Below are positions 27,098 through 40,930 of a stretch of 64,000 nucleotides of DNA, piece after piece; within the stretch, counting starts at the first letter, position 1, and every line of letters begins with the position of its first letter. The notes beneath the pieces were generated by a model. That model made no database searches. It was given only the letters and a program-made list of their open reading frames with translations, and had not been told where the DNA came from. A program made the position numbers and the translations under genes. The stretch is from Octopus sinensis (Eukaryota): the NCBI RefSeq assembly GCF_006345805.1, contig NC_043003.1, positions 113,026,001 to 113,090,000 on the forward strand, read 5' to 3'.

Positions 27098-27621
27098 ATA
27101 TATATGTATATATAGTTAGAGAGAGAGAGAGAGATGATAGATATGTAGTCATGTATGAGTTTGTGCATGTATCCTTGTATGTATGCGCATATATGTATGT
27201 GCGTACATATGAATGTATGTACATATGTGTTTCGCGCGCGCGGGCATGCGTGTTTATTGCAACATATTTTCTTACCGTCAACATTTTTTGAACATAAACC
27301 TCCCAAGTGAGCGATTCCCGAGTGGAAAATTTATCCTACATCTAAAAGCTACATTTATTTTCTTATGTATATTTGCACAAGTCTGTTTGCGTCAAAATAT
27401 TCTGTATGCGTAAATTCTGAGTTTTACTAAGACATTGCCAATTGCAGACGTGTGTATGTGTATGTGTGTGTGTATGTGTATGTGTATTAGCATATGTGTC
27501 TTATATGTGTATCATTTATCATGATATTGAAAGTCTTAAAAATAATCTATTAGAGGAGAGCAAAAAGATACACTTCCGAGATATCTCGTCATCGTTTCTT
27601 CTACTCTTCTTCTCGAAAGAG

Positions 27622-27696
<75 letters not shown>

Positions 27697-28050
27697 TGTG
27701 TGTGTAAATATATATCCGGGTTTGTATGATTGTGTTCAGAAGAATATTTTAATCAATAAAATTCCAACTTAGTCTGAATTTTACGTTCTATTATTTTCAG
27801 TTTTCACAATTTTACAATATTGGAATAAACTGGTACTTTCATGTGTTACGCAATCATTAGGTTCGTCTAGTGACAGTCGTGTTACAGAATTGAATGTTAG
27901 GGAGACGCAAGCAGCATAGGGGAGCGTTTAAGGGAACTCTGGCGGGAGATCAGAGAGGAGTAAGGCTCGTCTGTGCTCTACCAACATACTCAAGCAGAAC
28001 ATTAGAGGCTCGGTTAATAACATACAGATGAAGGTATCATTATCTCATAG

Positions 28051-28158
28051 AACTGACACGACACACCAATAGAGAGACCGAGCCAGCCTCAACAGAAAAC
28101 ACGAATGGAATAATAACATCCAGCACAACACCACGCAGCATCACCACTAAAGACAGAA
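28051..28158 (+). CDS. Candidate 108-nt Ser/Thr-rich internal exon
   Basis: tctcatag|...AGACAGAA|gtgagt; open phase-1/phase-1 frame LTRHTNRETEPASTENTNGIITSSTTPRSITTKDR. No homology recognised. Confidence 0.25.
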
Positions 28159-28697
28159 GTGAGTGAAAAAAAACCCGGTACAAACTGTAATTCAAGGGCA
28201 ATAGACAAATATGCACATACCTATGATAAATATAAGAAATAGAAATAAATAGGTAACAAAAACTGTACAAAGTGCACAGACACAAACAACATAGTGAGTG
28301 AACTCATATACGTACACAAACACACATACAGTAACTTCACATACAGCCACAACAACGTATAAATAGATAAATACCTATGTGATACATAAAAAACAGTGAA
28401 TTTTAGATTTCAAAGTTATAATACTGTGGTGTAATTAAAAAAGTTTGAGACGATAGAACGTTAAAAGAACGTATTAAAATACCACGAAAATAATACAAAA
28501 AATTTAAATCTCCATATACGGGCCGTTTCCGAGACGTTCAAAGTAATATGATATAGTTAATATTTTTAAAACTGACACTTGCCTCATCAGGACGTTTTCA
28601 CACAATGCAGAAAAAAAAACAAATACAGAAATACAATTATACACTTACATACCAGCCATTCATATATATACATACATATAAATGTATATATATATAT

Positions 28698-28755
<58 letters not shown>

Positions 28756-28916
28756 ATATACATATATATACGTATACATATATATATATATATATACATG
28801 TATATATATATATACACATACATATATATATACATATATATACATATATGTATATATATAGACATATATATACACACATATATATATACATTATGCATAT
28901 ATATGTACATATATAC

Positions 28917-28999
<83 letters not shown>

Positions 29000-29060
29000 T
29001 ATATACATATATATAACTAAATAAATGGAGTTAAACGCAGGTGTTACTCAAATTCTTTTA

Positions 29061-29130
29061 CTTCCGACACAAATTTCGAACATAAAGAAATAAAATGGTG
29101 TAAAACAATGTAATCTTCTCTTCAGGGAAA
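29061..29130 (-). ncRNA. Candidate minimal type-I hammerhead
   Basis: Minus strand: ttcc CTGAAGA gaa[long loop]ttc GAAA tttgtgtC ggaa. Stem I ttcc/ggaa, G10.1-C11.1, GUC site, very weak stem III. Confidence 0.4.
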
Positions 29131-29929
29131 TGAAGAAATGAAACTCGTCAATAAAACACTTTAACGGAATATGATGGATATGTATAGGGATTAAGTGAAC
29201 GCTATTAACTTTGTTTTAAAAAAAAACGTTTGAGGATATAGTGTCAAATATAACCTATAGAAAGAGGAGAGTAAACTAAAGTCTTGGAAAAAGATATATC
29301 TAGTGAATGTGAAATGTAAGAAGAAAATTAATGTGTAAATTATATATAATGATAAATATCACTTATATGAACTAATGGTGTGTTTCTGCCAGTGTTTACA
29401 TCGGTATGCACGCTCTATAACGAGGTTCACAGGGGAATTTAAAAAAAAAGAATTAAAAAGATAGTTCAGAATTACGGAGAAGACAGAATTCCTTACCTTT
29501 ATCATAAGGTATCGAAATTTAGAGAATCAACCAATCCAAATGAAATTGTTTATTGCTGTCTTTTAGATACCAAATTAATTTACTAAACCCTGTACTGTTA
29601 CGTTTATTCCTATACCTAAAGAGTAATTCGTACCGAAAGCACAAAATTTGTTTACAAAAGCAACTACCAACTAATATAGTGCTTAAATTTGATAGCAGGC
29701 TCGTTCGCTGGTGTGATCGGTAATACAGTTAGTCGCGTTCACAAAGGGATGTAGATTCGAGTCCCACGCTTACGGGAAAGCCTACATTTTTTTTACTGTT
29801 GAAAGGCTTATATTTCCCATTATTAGACTATTTTCCTTAATCATTTGTACGGTGATCGCTTTAAGCTAATAAAAATACCATTATATATGTGTGTGTGCGT
29901 GTGCGTGTGCGTGTGTGCGTGTGTATATA

Positions 29930-30063
29930 CGGGGTGCGGTGAATAAACTGTTGGCTAAATTACGCAAAAATGAAAATAACACTGACATCTTATTTTAACA
30001 GATGTATTTACCAAAATTACATAAAGAATATTTCTTGAAATACTAAAGAATAAATTTACATCC
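29930..30063 (-). mobile_element. maT terminal fragment
   Basis: TA+CGGGGTGCGGTGAATAA... aligns with 66-200. Confidence 0.65.
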
Positions 30064-31179
30064 TTGTTATCTCCCAGGGACAAGGGCGTAGAAGGTATCC
30101 ATCAAGCAATCATATCTAAACTTGCGTGTTTGTGCGAGCGTATATGTGTGTATGCGCGTGCGTGCATGTTCGTGTGTGACTGCATGCGTGTTTGTGTATG
30201 AGTGCGTATGTGAGTGCGTGTGTGAGTGCGTGTGTGAGTATGTGTGTGTGCATGTGCGTGTGTGTGTATGTGTGTGAATTTATGTATATACCCGACTGGT
30301 AGCTAATGCAGGGCGTTCTTCAGTTATTGCTATTATATTTCCATTCTCTCTAATACTTCTATTCATTGTCACTGAATCTTTTGACTTGCCTCGAACAGTG
30401 CAAATTCTTAAATGCATAACTGTATCTATGTTCTATGAGTAAATAGTTATAGGTTGTCAACATGGAAATGGAGCTCTACAGCACACACTACGCATGTGCA
30501 TACTTGAACAAATATATTTATGCATAAAAAAGGTTTGCATATATCTGTGGACATTTTAATATTTGCCTTGTTAAAACAACTCGCATACACATTCGTAAAT
30601 AACCTTATTACTGCATATAATTATCTAGATAATTATATATCAATATATCTTTCTTATTTGGCATGAATTATAAATGAAACACACAACACATGAATTATAG
30701 CAGGAAAGAAAATATCACAGAATAATGAAATCATATGTAAATGCAAAATGGTTCGATCAGAATGGCAAACACCATGGCTGTTTATCAAACATCTGCTTTA
30801 TATATCCCACGATGATTCACTTATTAACCAACTTAGTGAAACCATTTCACCCCAACGGAGTTGATAATCAGTTGTAGCGTATTCTGCTGAGGCTATAGAA
30901 GCAATTTCTAACCATCATTCTTCCCTTCCTATATTTCATATTGTAATTGTTTTTCATCAGTCTATCTTATTTAGCATCCGTGTTTTTGATTACACATTCA
31001 TAACTTGTTAGGCACAAAGATGTATATTTCAGATGGGTTCATTTATGTTCAATGATGCTCATAAACCGCCACTAAACACAAATTCATAGCATCATATATA
31101 TATTCAAAATATTTTAAACTACTGACTTGTATTTATACATATGACCGAGAGTGTGCTAAATTGGTTTTCTATTTCGTAC

Positions 31180-31274
31180 CTTGTTATTGTTACGCATTCA
31201 CTCCGACTAATGAAACCATTGATGACAGGCGTTGCAGTTACACCTAGACGAATCGTGTCTGAAACTACAGTATC
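31180..31274 (-). CDS. Candidate 95-nt exon
   Basis: ttcatttatag|GATACT...AACAAG|gtacga; open frame DTVVSDTIRLGVTATPVINGFISRSECVTIT. Confidence 0.2.
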
Positions 31275-33039
31275 CTATAAATGAAGCTACTAGTGATGTG
31301 CAGGAATATGTAACATTGGAATGGGTTTATTTGGACTTTTCCAAATCTATACCCGGACTTGTAATCTTAGAGACTGCGATGAAATATCTTTTTCTTAGTA
31401 TTTTATGTTTCACCTGTTCGCATTGATACACTAGTTTAAACCAGTTTTACTTATAATAATTAAGGGAGAGGTCAATTAAATCCACAATATTATTTTATAT
31501 CTTGTAAAGACGGTCAGCTGGCAGTATCGGTAGGTCGCCGGACAAAATGCTTCGCGACAGTTCGTACGTCATTACGTTCTGACTTCAAATGAAATAAGTA
31601 CCAGTGGACGAAAGATTTATCTGTAGACGAAAGATTTATCCTATTCCTAGAATTTATTTTGTCCTACTTTGAAGATTAAAAATGAAAGAACATATATATA
31701 TATTGTTATCTTTCAACTAAGTGTATTGTATTAGGTGCGTAAATAAATGCTGTAAAGTACCTAATTCGTTGCCTTGTTGTTCCTGCCACTTCATTTATGG
31801 AATACCTTTCTGTTTGAAGACGGGCCCTGATTCAAACCGCACAGCTTGCCCTTTCTCTCGCCAAACGAAATTTTACTTATTTTATCAGTTTTGCCGAACT
31901 CCAGTTTTGTTTCTTTGTTTATTTTATTAGTCATGTTGTTGCTGTTTATTGTCATTTTTCTTTAACGCCGCATCAGAAGATTTATTGAAAAATATCCAGT
32001 TGTAGAAATAAGTAGGATCAATTGTCTTTCCTTATCTTTAATGTTATGCAATGTGATCTGAGACGGATTTGTTTGTCATATCTACCACGTCGAACAACCA
32101 TGCAAATTCTCCTTCTGTGGTGTTTCTTGTTTGCGATGGAAAAATATTCTTTTCCAGCATCCAAGTACTGTTGCAGATTCTATTGACCATAATCCCACTA
32201 CCCCGCCTTAGATATCGACTCCATTGAGAGTGTTAAATTAAAACAAATATTTTATCTTTGAATTCAATATATGTTGTGAAAATCATCATAAAATAGCAGT
32301 TTTAAATATTTTTGAATGAATATGATGGAAAGTTTGTGAGTTAGCGAAATGTCAACATTTGCCTCAACAAACTCTTTCTAAGCAGTCACTAGATCAGCAA
32401 GAAATAGTAACCGAACGGTTTTTAAGTCACAAACTGTCATCTCAACGAATGGAAGAATAGAAATAATAATGTAGACCTATATATATATATATAAATATGG
32501 AATGGTTTCTGTTGAAACTCTACCGTGTATTCTATCATGGCAGATTGGAAGTTAATCAACAGCTGATATCTTTGAATGAATGAATGCACCTGCTAGTTGT
32601 TTGAGAGTGAGAAATATCAATTGTAGTTATAGGTATTCCTTAAATGGCTGGAACCAATTGGCCGATGGAAATATAGACTAACATTAGTAAGAACTATATT
32701 ATTACAGCTGTAACGCATGTCTGTCTTCAGCTCAGATGGAACTAACTTTGCTCCGCCATGCATTCCATAACCCAATACTAAATACTACGAAACAGACTCT
32801 TATATTGTGACTTACCCTGATAGAAATAACAGCCAAGTCTCTTCCAATCATACTCTTCTGCTTTGAATAGTGAAGAACATATTGAATCATTCTATATTTT
32901 ATTCACTAAGCATGAAAAAAGTAGAGACTGGTCACAGCGAGAGTACCTTTGGTTATAAGAGAGCTTAAGAAGGGTTGATCTTTTCAACTAGTTTAGTCGA
33001 GAAAATCAGGATGTGCCTGTGACCTTCCTAGTCTCTCTG

Positions 33040-33430
33040 CCACCGATGTAGTTGCTGTCACTTATGCTACTGTGGGATGACGTCAGCAGCTGGGGAGCTG
33101 ACCGGAAGGCAGGCAAGCAGGGCAGGAATCGGCCTTTTCGATCGGGTTCGCCGAGCTAGTAAGACGCGTGAGCACGTTGTTAAGGTAGGGGAAAAGCAGC
33201 TGCTATTTCTAGTGTTCTGGTCGGGCTGCGTTGAAGGCTCCATTAACGCTGAAAGGTCTCCGTCTGAACGAAGAGAAAGTAGGTGCCTTTATTTCGAATC
33301 TCTTGCATACACCACAGCTACCAAGAAAAAGGACTAGGTGCAGTGGTAGTTTGTAAAGATATTAAAGTGTGTGTGTGTGTTTTGGAGTTAGGGATAAAGT
33401 ATAGGTGATTACAGGAGACAAGGTAAGCGA
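33040..33430 (+). promoter_or_regulatory. GC/CpG-enriched unique patch, possible promoter and first exon
   Basis: Full CRE TGACGTCA (33078-85), ETS site ACCGGAAG (33101-08), donor-like AAG|GTAAGC at 33423. Confidence 0.3.
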
Positions 33431-34737
33431 GTGAGTGCTGGACTACATAACAACAAAGCGAACTATTTGATTCAGTTATAACACAGGCGTGCTCATATAT
33501 GACATGTTATATTTTACTTTGTCCATAACTAACTTCAATTTCATTATCACTTTCATAGTCGTAAATTAAGGACAAGATAAAAAAAAAGAAACAGATAAAA
33601 AAGAAGCAGATAAAAATCTTTAAAATCGTCATTGGAAAATCCAGCTTTTCCTTAATGAAGCTGTAACAAACAAGATTTGGAAACCGTGGCACTTCCACTG
33701 AAACTCCAGCAATCGAGAGCCATTACTCCTGGTCTATCATTGTTACTTAGAGCAACCAACAGACAGAAGCGTTTGATTGTATTTATGCAACTATATGCTA
33801 CGTCAGAATCATGAAAATGAAACTTGTTCTCAGGTGGGTTTGAATTGAAATACTGCAGTGCCGAAACTAAAAGCAAAATGGAATTTAGTAGAGGTATTCC
33901 ATAGCTCTTGTGGAATTAGTTATCAAATCATAGTTCACTGCCGGCATTGCAGTGTCCTTTGCACGATCGCAATTACTCTCACTCTAAAAGCTAATATAAA
34001 CTAAGATCTTCCTAATCAATGTATCTATACATAGATTGCATTATATTTATTTGATATTATTTTCCTCTGATCTTTATCACAGTCGCATTAAGTCTAAGTC
34101 CCTTGGATCATTTTCAAAATCAAATCATTTGTAAAATCAGAAGAAAATTGTTTATATTCGCCAGACAATAACAATTCTAGCAGAAAATGTACTTATTTGT
34201 TTGAAGAGCTGATCACACACTATAGTTTCTTATTTAATGTATTATGACTTAAAGCTTTCTAAACTTATCAAATAGACACATGTGGCTTCGCTAGCTACTC
34301 AGGAAGAAAATCAAAATAATGATATAAATTCTCGTTTTTAACTGATATATCCTCATATAGATAAAGGCAAGCGCACACGCACGCAATCACAGTCACATAT
34401 TAAAATGCTCACACATATAAAATTGTAATTGTGGGCATTTGAAATGGTTTATATTGTGAATTCCCGAAGGATATTCGAAGCATTACAATAATATTGTAAA
34501 TTTGATTTTAGTGCTAAAATACAGAATAACGGCTTATTATATAAGTGCCAAAGTAGAAAGCCATGAATGGATGTATGCATCGATATTACATGCTGTGTGT
34601 GTATATGTGTGAGTGCATATATGTATACACGCACATACGCATATATATTAGTGTATAGACATGCATATATGTGTGTGTGTGTTTGTAGACATATATATAT
34701 TTACAAACACACTTTATATATATATATATTTATATAC

Positions 34738-34780
<43 letters not shown>

Positions 34781-35083
34781 TCTTTATATATAAAAGTGAG
34801 GTTGTGTGCTATCTGTCTCCTACAATTTAGATTCCTAACTACTCCCACATTTTCCAGTGCAGTTTAACCAAAACCGGGTATGTATCTTATAGTCGTGATT
34901 CATATCGAGCCCTTCTGGGTATTAGCGCACGTCTACGATGAGTCTACGATTAAAAAAAAAAATTACCATGAATTTTTCCCATTATTAATGCATTTTTGGC
35001 ATATATAAGGGAAGTGACTCTCTAAAAATGCTTATATAGTTATTTCCCTTACAAACCCGAGCAACGCCAGGCGATACTGCTAG
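34781..35083 (+). mobile_element. Non-autonomous Helitron, copy 2
   Basis: TC...CTAG, A|T target, same body as the copy at 11696. Confidence 0.85.
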
Positions 35084-35095
35084 TATATACACACC

Positions 35096-35151
<56 letters not shown>

Positions 35152-36474
35152 CGGACACCAGATGATTTCTTGGAATGTTTGTCGCATTCTACGGCTTCAT
35201 GAACAACACATCGAAGTTAAGTTGTGTGTTATAATTAATACTCGTTACTAGGACTGCTCCTGTCGGTAATGGATAATTTATACACAGTCCGCCAGATTCT
35301 CGCGACATCATCGACTGTTTAGCCAATGTATTTTTTGAAAATTCCAACCACATATATATAACACATACACACATATTTATATTCATATACTACATCCCTA
35401 CCTACCTGCAGGCATATTTATATTCATGTATATAACGTCTTTCTTTTCAAAGTATTTAAATTCTTCTTACAAGAGAAAAACTAGCTTCGAACAAATATTC
35501 AACCTCTATTTTGACAGCATTAATGTTAGGCGTTAAAAGCTAAACACAAGAAAAGCGTTGTATATCCAGTTCTAGATTGTATTTGTAAAGTGTGTGTTAG
35601 GTGCTCGGTCTTCGTTCCTGAAAATCTTCGGTTTACAAAATTGTCGCTCTTTATTATTGCACCTTAGTGCACTGACAATTAATGCTATGGGTATCAATTC
35701 ACAATCAGCAGCAGGCCGAAAGTTTTATTCTTTTTCACTGCTTCTGGATAAATAACCACATCTGCAGTGCTCCTAGCCTCCACCTTAACACAAGATAATT
35801 TCCGCTTCAAGCACTTATACTGAGCACCTTCATTTTGTGCTATGCAGACGTTTTGATAGCAATGTTCCTTTTGTTCTTTAATATATCCAGTAACAGAGGT
35901 ATTGCTTATATTCATCCCAAAGCAGTGCTTCGTACGGCTCTCAGAGTATATTATTAGCATTACATTACAATGGAAGACCCTGGTTTTGGCAGAGCTGCTG
36001 ATCACGTGTACAAAGTCTTCCGACGAAGTGTGGCATAACCGATCGTTTCAGTTGTAACTTCAGAAGATAAGAGTCACCTTAGTTCATTTAATATTTTGTT
36101 GCGAATTCCTGCTCTTAAATTGTAAAAGGACAACTTCGACTTGGAATGTGAAATAACGATCACGTGTAATCTACCCCCGCCTCTGCCACACACACATATT
36201 ATCTTTGAATTTTACTTGTTTTAATGACTGGACTGCAGCTGTACTGGGACAATGCTTAGAAGGGTTTAGTCGAACAATTCGCCACCTGTTCTTATATATT
36301 AACGCTAGTAATTGTTCTATTGTTCTTGTTTTCTAACTGCTAAGTTTCAGAGATGTAAACAAGCCAAAATCGTTTTCAAGCGAAGCGGTACACAAACACA
36401 AACATAAGCAAAGAGACGCACACATGCATATGTACATGCACACACGCACACTCACTCAAACGCTTATGTTTACG

Positions 36475-36640
36475 ACAGACTTTCACACATTTTCTCTTTG
36501 TCAAATTCACTCACAGGGCGTTAATTAGCTGGGATTATGGTAGGGGTCACTTGTTCAAGGTGGTGCACAGTGGGACCGAACCCGAAACAACATAGTCGCA
36601 AAGTAAGCTGTTTATCCGTACAGCGAAACCTGCGCTTATA
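36475..36640 (-). mobile_element. Old SINE family A head
   Basis: AAATTCACTCACAGGGC...GTTCAAGGTG..CAGTGGGACCGAACCCG. Confidence 0.55.
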
Positions 36641-37367
36641 AATGATTGTGTATGCATAGGCATATGTGTGCATAAATGTATGTATCTGAATTTTATATGT
36701 GTATGTATGTATCTATGTATATGTACGTTGTAAAATTTTAAATGTATGTATGGGTGAAGAGAGAAGATACAAGAGTCATTTCTTTTGTTGTCTGAGAAGA
36801 AATGAGCGAAAGATAAGGTAAAAGCGATTTTAAGAAGTAGCAGAGAGGAGACGAAGAAATATGGTAGGAAAGAAAAGAAGAAAGAGATGGTCTAATGCAA
36901 AGCCACATCTAGAATTATTTGTTAAGCAGTTTATTTCACCTCGGGGTTAAAAGAGATACGTTTTCCCAGACATAATAAGTCGTCAGAGAAGTATGTCCCC
37001 CGGTTATATGACCTCCAAGTGGAAGGTGTGTCGTTGTTTGTGAATCTGAGAGCAGATTTTTCCGATAATCTTAAAACTAAGTGACAAGTACAATACAAAA
37101 TGCCGAGTTTTAAGATGATGTTAAGTAGAATATGATAAAGAATCGTGCATGTAAAGTAGATAGAGAGACGGATGTTACAATATTGTGTTGTTGTTTTTTA
37201 GCATCAGATAAATCTTCTCCCAGCAGACATAAGATCAAAAACAGTCCCGTCCTGACCATCGCATCTATGTCCAATACTTCATTCTCTTTTTAAGCCGTTA
37301 GAGCGTTGTTTAATGAAAATGTGGGTACTGATTCGAGCAGATCGTGTGATCGAATAGAAGATTTCTC

Positions 37368-37820
37368 GGACCTTTTCGGTTTGAACGGCAGTTTTTTCTA
37401 GCGGTGTCATATAAAATTGTCACCAATAATTAAGACCCTGGTATCGATCTATTACATGTCAATCTGTTTTAGGGTTAGGGTTAGTTAGGGTTAGGGTTAG
37501 GGCTAAGGTTAGGGTTAAGGTTAGGGATGGGGGAAGGGTATCTTTTTTTCTTCACAAATGTAAATAAACCCAATTTGTTTCTTAAACGAGGGACATATTC
37601 ATACGGCACAGAATTTTTTTACCTCAATAGACGACAGTGATTGGTTGAAATTGCAGAAAATGAAGAAAAAACAACAAATATCTTACAAACTATAGAATTT
37701 TCTCAATAAAGCCAAGAGAAAAATATGTTTTATAAACACATTCTACCAGTATACGAAGTTTAAGATTTTTTAGTTACCTAGAAATTATGTTAAAAACTGC
37801 CGTTCAAACCGAAAAGATCC
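37368..37820 (+). mobile_element. TTAGGG MITE, copy 4
   Basis: Perfect 8-bp TSD GATTTCTC; longest telomeric tract of the family. Confidence 0.9.
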
Positions 37821-38999
37821 GATTTCTCGTTTAACTCGTCTTCAGTTATTCGTGTTCGATCTCCTATTACATGGTAACATGAGAATTTTTTTGTCTGATG
37901 GTGATAAATATACATCATGCAGGATGAGAGAACTATTTGAAGACACATGTAGGAATTTAAATCTTTAATCTCGTTAAAAAGAAAAAAAGAGAAAACTCAA
38001 ATATATGACAAGTTCACTGGGAATTCGGAAGATTGCGTGACAGAGATTCTTGCACCTCTTGGAAATTGGTTAGAGAGACAGCAGATTTTAATAACTGTGG
38101 ATGGGAAGTCTGGTGAGGGCGATGCTGATGATGATGTTTAGTGATGACTATGATTGTGACATGGACAAGATTCACTAGGAATCAATTGCTCAGAACATCC
38201 CCAAACGGCACTGACATAATTTTACAACTAATAACTGCAATGAGTTGGTCGTTGATGGTCATGATTATTATGATTATTGTTGTTGCTGCTGTTGTTGTTG
38301 TTGCTCGATCTTTGCTGTTCTGATGATGACAATAATACAGCTGACACTCAGTCTAAATTCATTGCCACTGAAGTCCACCCCGTACTCACCACGAGGCAAC
38401 TGTGGAGCTTCTAAATGGCATATCAAGCAGAGAGAATTAGCAATGAATTCATATCGCACACTATGGTATAGAAGGCTACACTGGAGATTCTCATTCTTGG
38501 CAATAGAAAACTTTGATATTAGGTCGGATTAAGAAATAGGAAGACGGGTTTAAGCAACAGTACCACGTTGGCAACAATGAACTTTCCTCAAAAACTCCAT
38601 TGCAAATGTTGCCTGTAGTGACGACGATAGCGACGTTAATGATGATGATGATATAAATAACTTTTGCTTGCTGAATCTGTTCCATCTCGATGTTACATGA
38701 CCGAAGTTCTTATTCATTTCTTTCTATATATCAAATACTCTCTTATCGCATGAGAGCGGATGTTGCAAATTTTCATCAACATATAACGTTGAAATCAACT
38801 TGTCACAACTTCACCAAGGACAGCCATCACACTGGTTTCACAGTTATTTTCCCCTTCAGCGTTAAAGTCGGAAGAAGCAGGCAAACCCCGGCAAAGATTT
38901 CCTTTCCGAGATCAAATTTGCTAGCACATCTCTACCCGCTTCCCCATCTATGTTGAAACTTCACATACTCATATATATATATATATATATATATATAAT

Positions 39000-39231
39000 G
39001 GAGGCGCAATGCCCCAGTGGTTAGGCATTGTGAGTGTTTATTGAGCGAAAACACCTAAAGGTCCACGAGGCTCCGGCAGGGGGTGTTGGTGATCCCTGCT
39101 GTACACTTTCGCCACAACTTTCTCTCACTCTTTCTTCTGTTGGCCTGGCGTCATTTGAAGGCTGAAACAATGCGAAGCGCATTGTGATCAGCGATGTGTA
39201 GCACCATCCGATAGCCTGGTCGGTCACGTGA
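39000..39231 (+). mobile_element. SINE family D (shares head and middle with family C, different 3' half)
   Basis: GAGCGAAAACACCTAA..CTCCGGCAG..TTTCGCCACAACTTTCTCTCACTCTTTC, then GCTGAAACAATGCGAAGCGCATTGTG. Confidence 0.75.
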
Positions 39232-40047
39232 TATATATATATACATAAACGTATGTATATAAATATATATATATATACATACATACATTCATACGTATAT
39301 ACATGTATGCATGTAGGTATGTTGTTTATGTCGGTTTCATCTTCAGCTTTAATGAAACAATTTTACATTAAAGTGATGGATTATTATATACATTTGTAGA
39401 ATGCAAATCTATTATTCTATTATTGTTAAGCAAGAATATTATTGATGGAAAACCTCTATAAATGGCTGATGATTGATCAACATTTTAAAACTGTTGTAAT
39501 ACTTACAAGGTTTAATAAAATGATGTATGGTGAAACGATCGTACCAAATTACCGAAGATATTCTTGTTGCTTATTTTGATTGTAATCACCCCATGGATTT
39601 ATACGGATAATACCATAAAAAATTCTGGTGCATCTAACTTAAGTACCATATTTATTTGAATCAAAATTTTGCTGAAAGTATATATATATATGTATATATA
39701 TAATATATATATATATATAATTATGTATGTATGCATGTATGTATGCATGTATGTATGCATGCATGTATGTTAAAAATGAAGGTGAGAACAGCGCGAAAGT
39801 ATGTTAAAAAATTGTTTTATATCTGTTACATTGAGTGACATTTTATAAAATATTACCGGTTTTAATGTGAATATCCATGTTATCAAATACTAAGAATTGA
39901 AATTCAAAAATTAGGGAATAAGAAAAACCTGTAAACTAAAATCAATTTGTTCTCATATTTTGTGCATAGCTAACAAAATGTGTGAAATTTTATCTTAGAA
40001 ACTCTTCTTATATATGTTGTCTACGTAGGGAACTTAAATAAGGTCAA

Positions 40048-40357
40048 GGCGGCGAGCTGGTACAATCGTTAGCACGCCGGGCGAAATGCTTTGCGGTATT
40101 TCTTCTGTCATTACGTTTCGTACTGGGGTCGATCGGATCGATTGGCCCCTTCCCACCAAATTTCAGGCCTTGTGCCTTTAGTAGAAAGGATCATTATTGC
40201 TGTTGTTGTTTTCATTGAGTTTCTGAGTTTAAATTCCTTTGGGGTCGATGAAATAAGTAGCAGTTATATACTGGGCCGATGTAAATGAATTACCGCTTCT
40301 ACTGACATTACTGGCCTTGTTCGAAAATCATCATCATCATCATCATCATTATTATTA

Positions 40358-40398
<41 letters not shown>

Positions 40399-40568
40399 TA
40401 TTATTACTATTATTATTATTATTATTATTACTACTATTATTATTATTATTACTATTATTATGATTGTTATTATTACTATTATTATTATTATTACTATTAT
40501 TATTATTATTATCATTATTATTATTATTATTATTACTATTATTATTATTATTATTATTATTTATTACT

Positions 40569-40599
<31 letters not shown>

Positions 40600-40662
40600 T
40601 TATTATTATTATTGTTATTATTACCATTATTATTATTATTATTATTACTATTATTATTATTA

Positions 40663-40744
<82 letters not shown>

Positions 40745-40930
40745 GCTGTCGTTGTTATAGTGGTGGTGGTTGTTGTCATTTAGGTTCTGAGTTCAAATTC
40801 TTCTATGGTCGACTTTACTTTTCTTCCTTTCAGGTTCGATGAAAGAAGTATCATTTGGCCAGTGGGGTCGATGGAATCGCCTAAATCCTTGCCGTAAATT
40901 TCCATGCTTTGTGCGTTGAAGAGAAAGAAG
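40048..40930 (+). mobile_element. Cluster of three SINE-B relics around a ~410-bp (ATT)n tract (40331-40745)
   Basis: GGCGGCGAGCTGG at 40048; GGGGTCGAT/AATAAGTA motifs at about 40240 and 40790-40870. Confidence 0.7.

Noticed and set aside
28510-28600. CUGAUGA...GAAA-CGGCCCG-UA hammerhead-like motif on the minus strand
   Set aside because: Stems I and II do not pair; at best a decayed relic.
37990-38960. Coding-looking GC-balanced stretch with splice-like sites
   Set aside because: All frames are interrupted by stops and no coherent exon chain could be supported.
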